Shown here: piece by piece, positions 63,601 to 64,000 of the stretch
Numbering within the stretch: the first letter of the stretch is position 1
Layout: each line of letters starts with the position of its first letter
Assembly: GCA_022827275.1 (NCBI GenBank)
Contig: JAJDTG010000022.1
Span: forward strand, 129,455 to 193,454
DNA from: Candidatus Dadabacteria bacterium
Lineage (GTDB): Bacteria > Desulfobacterota_D > UBA1144 > Nemesobacterales > Nemesobacteraceae
DNA: 64,000 nt
Reading direction: 5' to 3'
The notes under the pieces: model-generated
Database searches by the model: none
What the model saw: only the letters and a program-made list of their open reading frames with translations
What the model was told of the DNA's origin: nothing
Translations under genes and position numbers: made by a program

Positions 63601-63710
63601 CTTGCCAGAATCAGAAATATTCCCAGAAAACTCAGAGTGGATAAACTTCTTAAACGACCTTTCCTTCTTCTGAGGGCAGAATGCCTGTCAGATGGGTCAG
63701 ATTTCCTCAT
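60689..63710 (-). pseudogene. Disrupted gene: signal/lipobox + tandem Calx-beta-like modules + S41 peptidase domain. Interrupted by one frameshift (~62452-62466) and one in-frame TGA (61580-61582)
   Basis: Track ORFs 62394..63710, 61580..62455 and 60689..61477 are colinear pieces. The last two share one frame and are separated only by the TGA. The first two join if 1 nt is removed at the site where unit 2 lacks 11 nt relative to unit 1. The S41 part aligns residue-by-residue with the 506-aa neighbour. Confidence 0.8.
61930..63482 (-). repeat. Tandem duplication of a ~783-bp (261-aa) coding unit made of two Calx-beta-like modules
   Basis: Unit starts are VVTISGGTSVTEGTAASFILTANPAP (63482) and MITISGGTSVTEGTAASFILTANPAP (62699). 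The DNA cores 63161-63482 and 62381-62699 are ~90% identical by eye. Each module ends in V(T/I)(V/I).DND. Confidence 0.85.
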
Positions 63711-63711
63711 A

Positions 63712-63755
63712 GTAATGCCTCTTTTCTTTACATGTAATGCCTCTTTTCTTTACAT
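63712..63755. repeat. Perfect 22-bp tandem duplication (GTAATGCCTCTTTTCTTTACAT x2) spanning the sirtuin stop codon and the SD region of the Calx-beta/S41 gene
   Basis: Copy 1 is 63712-63733 and copy 2 is 63734-63755, identical. The minus strand reads ATGTAAAGAAAAGAGGCATTAC twice, then T-ATG (start at 63710). Confidence 0.95.
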
Positions 63756-64000
63756 GCGGTTATGAGAAATTTCGGATTCCGTCAGCAAAGGCAGTGTTTC
63801 AGCGGATTTGCCCATTACGCTTACGTCATAGAGACCCGTGCCCGGAGTTCTTTCAATATTGATCTCAACTACCGGTTTTTCGCTTTTCTTTGCTATAAGC
63901 CCCATTGATGCCGCCGGTTCAACCACTCCAGAGGTTCCCACTATGAGAAGAAGATCGCATTGCTCTATGGCAAACAGGCATCTGTCTATTCTTTCCATAG
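63750..64000 (-). CDS. cobB: NAD-dependent protein deacylase (Sir2 family), C-terminal part (5' end outside window)
   Basis: CDLLLIVGTSGVVEPAASMGLIAKKSEKPVVEINIERTP is the typical sirtuin C-terminal Rossmann segment. The frame is open to the window edge. Stop TAA at 63750-63752. Confidence 0.8.
   Translation of the reverse strand, partial: MERIDRCLFAIEQCDLLLIVGTSGVVEPAASMGLIAKKSEKPVVEINIERTPGTGLYDVSVMGKSAETLPLLTESEISHNRM

Overview
This 64-kb window comes from a diderm bacterium. It carries lnt, lgt, lspA, TolB-, TonB- and LolB-like genes, outer-membrane beta-barrels, rpoH and a futalosine-type Mqn radical-SAM gene. Most of it is a housekeeping backbone: thiC (partial), carB-greA-tonB-like-lspA-ribE-aroK-htrA, mutL, efp, eda, hisD-hisC, lnt-lgt, rplU-rpmA, alaS, rpoH, tRNA-Asn, uvrA, glyA-nrdR-tatD-pdxA, and a partial sirtuin. 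I saw no rRNA, CRISPR array, integrase or transposase.

Three accessory regions interrupt the backbone.

(1) Bases 545-10816, between thiC and carB, are the main candidate for a new system. This ~10-kb islet has no mobility gene and looks AT-richer than its flanks (judged by eye, not computed). It encodes an orphan 353-aa protein with no motif I can recognise. That gene sits 29 bp upstream of a 1361-aa fusion of a PD-ExK-like nuclease with a gamma-class N6-adenine methyltransferase (Type IIG / Eco57I / PglX-like). Convergent to both is a 1552-aa protein with an Mrr-like nuclease, a NACHT/STAND P-loop and a ~1150-aa helical C-terminus (Avs/bNACHT-like). None of the three genes has a Shine-Dalgarno sequence, whereas neighbouring core genes do.

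(2) Bases 34996-37310 hold a 2.27-kb AbiEi/AbiEii (type IV TA / abortive infection) module. It is inserted exactly in the tail-to-tail overlap of hisC and lnt and is bracketed by a duplicated 42-bp segment that preserves both gene ends. The AbiEii protein has an extra WYL-like C-terminal tail.

(3) Bases 50676-52274, next to tRNA-Asn, hold an AAA/DUF4143-type ATPase and an orphan ORF, separated by a perfect 14-bp-stem hairpin.

Other observations:
- A decaying paralogue of an S41 peptidase is fused to tandemly duplicated Calx-beta-like modules. It carries one frameshift and one in-frame TGA at a position that is Arg in the intact paralogue.
- A perfect 22-bp tandem duplication sits at that gene's start.
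- Two structured non-coding gaps lie at 28.1-28.7 kb and 48.15-48.49 kb.
- Two plausible small membrane-protein ORFs fall below the 60-aa cutoff of the ORF track.

All functional calls rest on motifs read from the translations. No database search was run.
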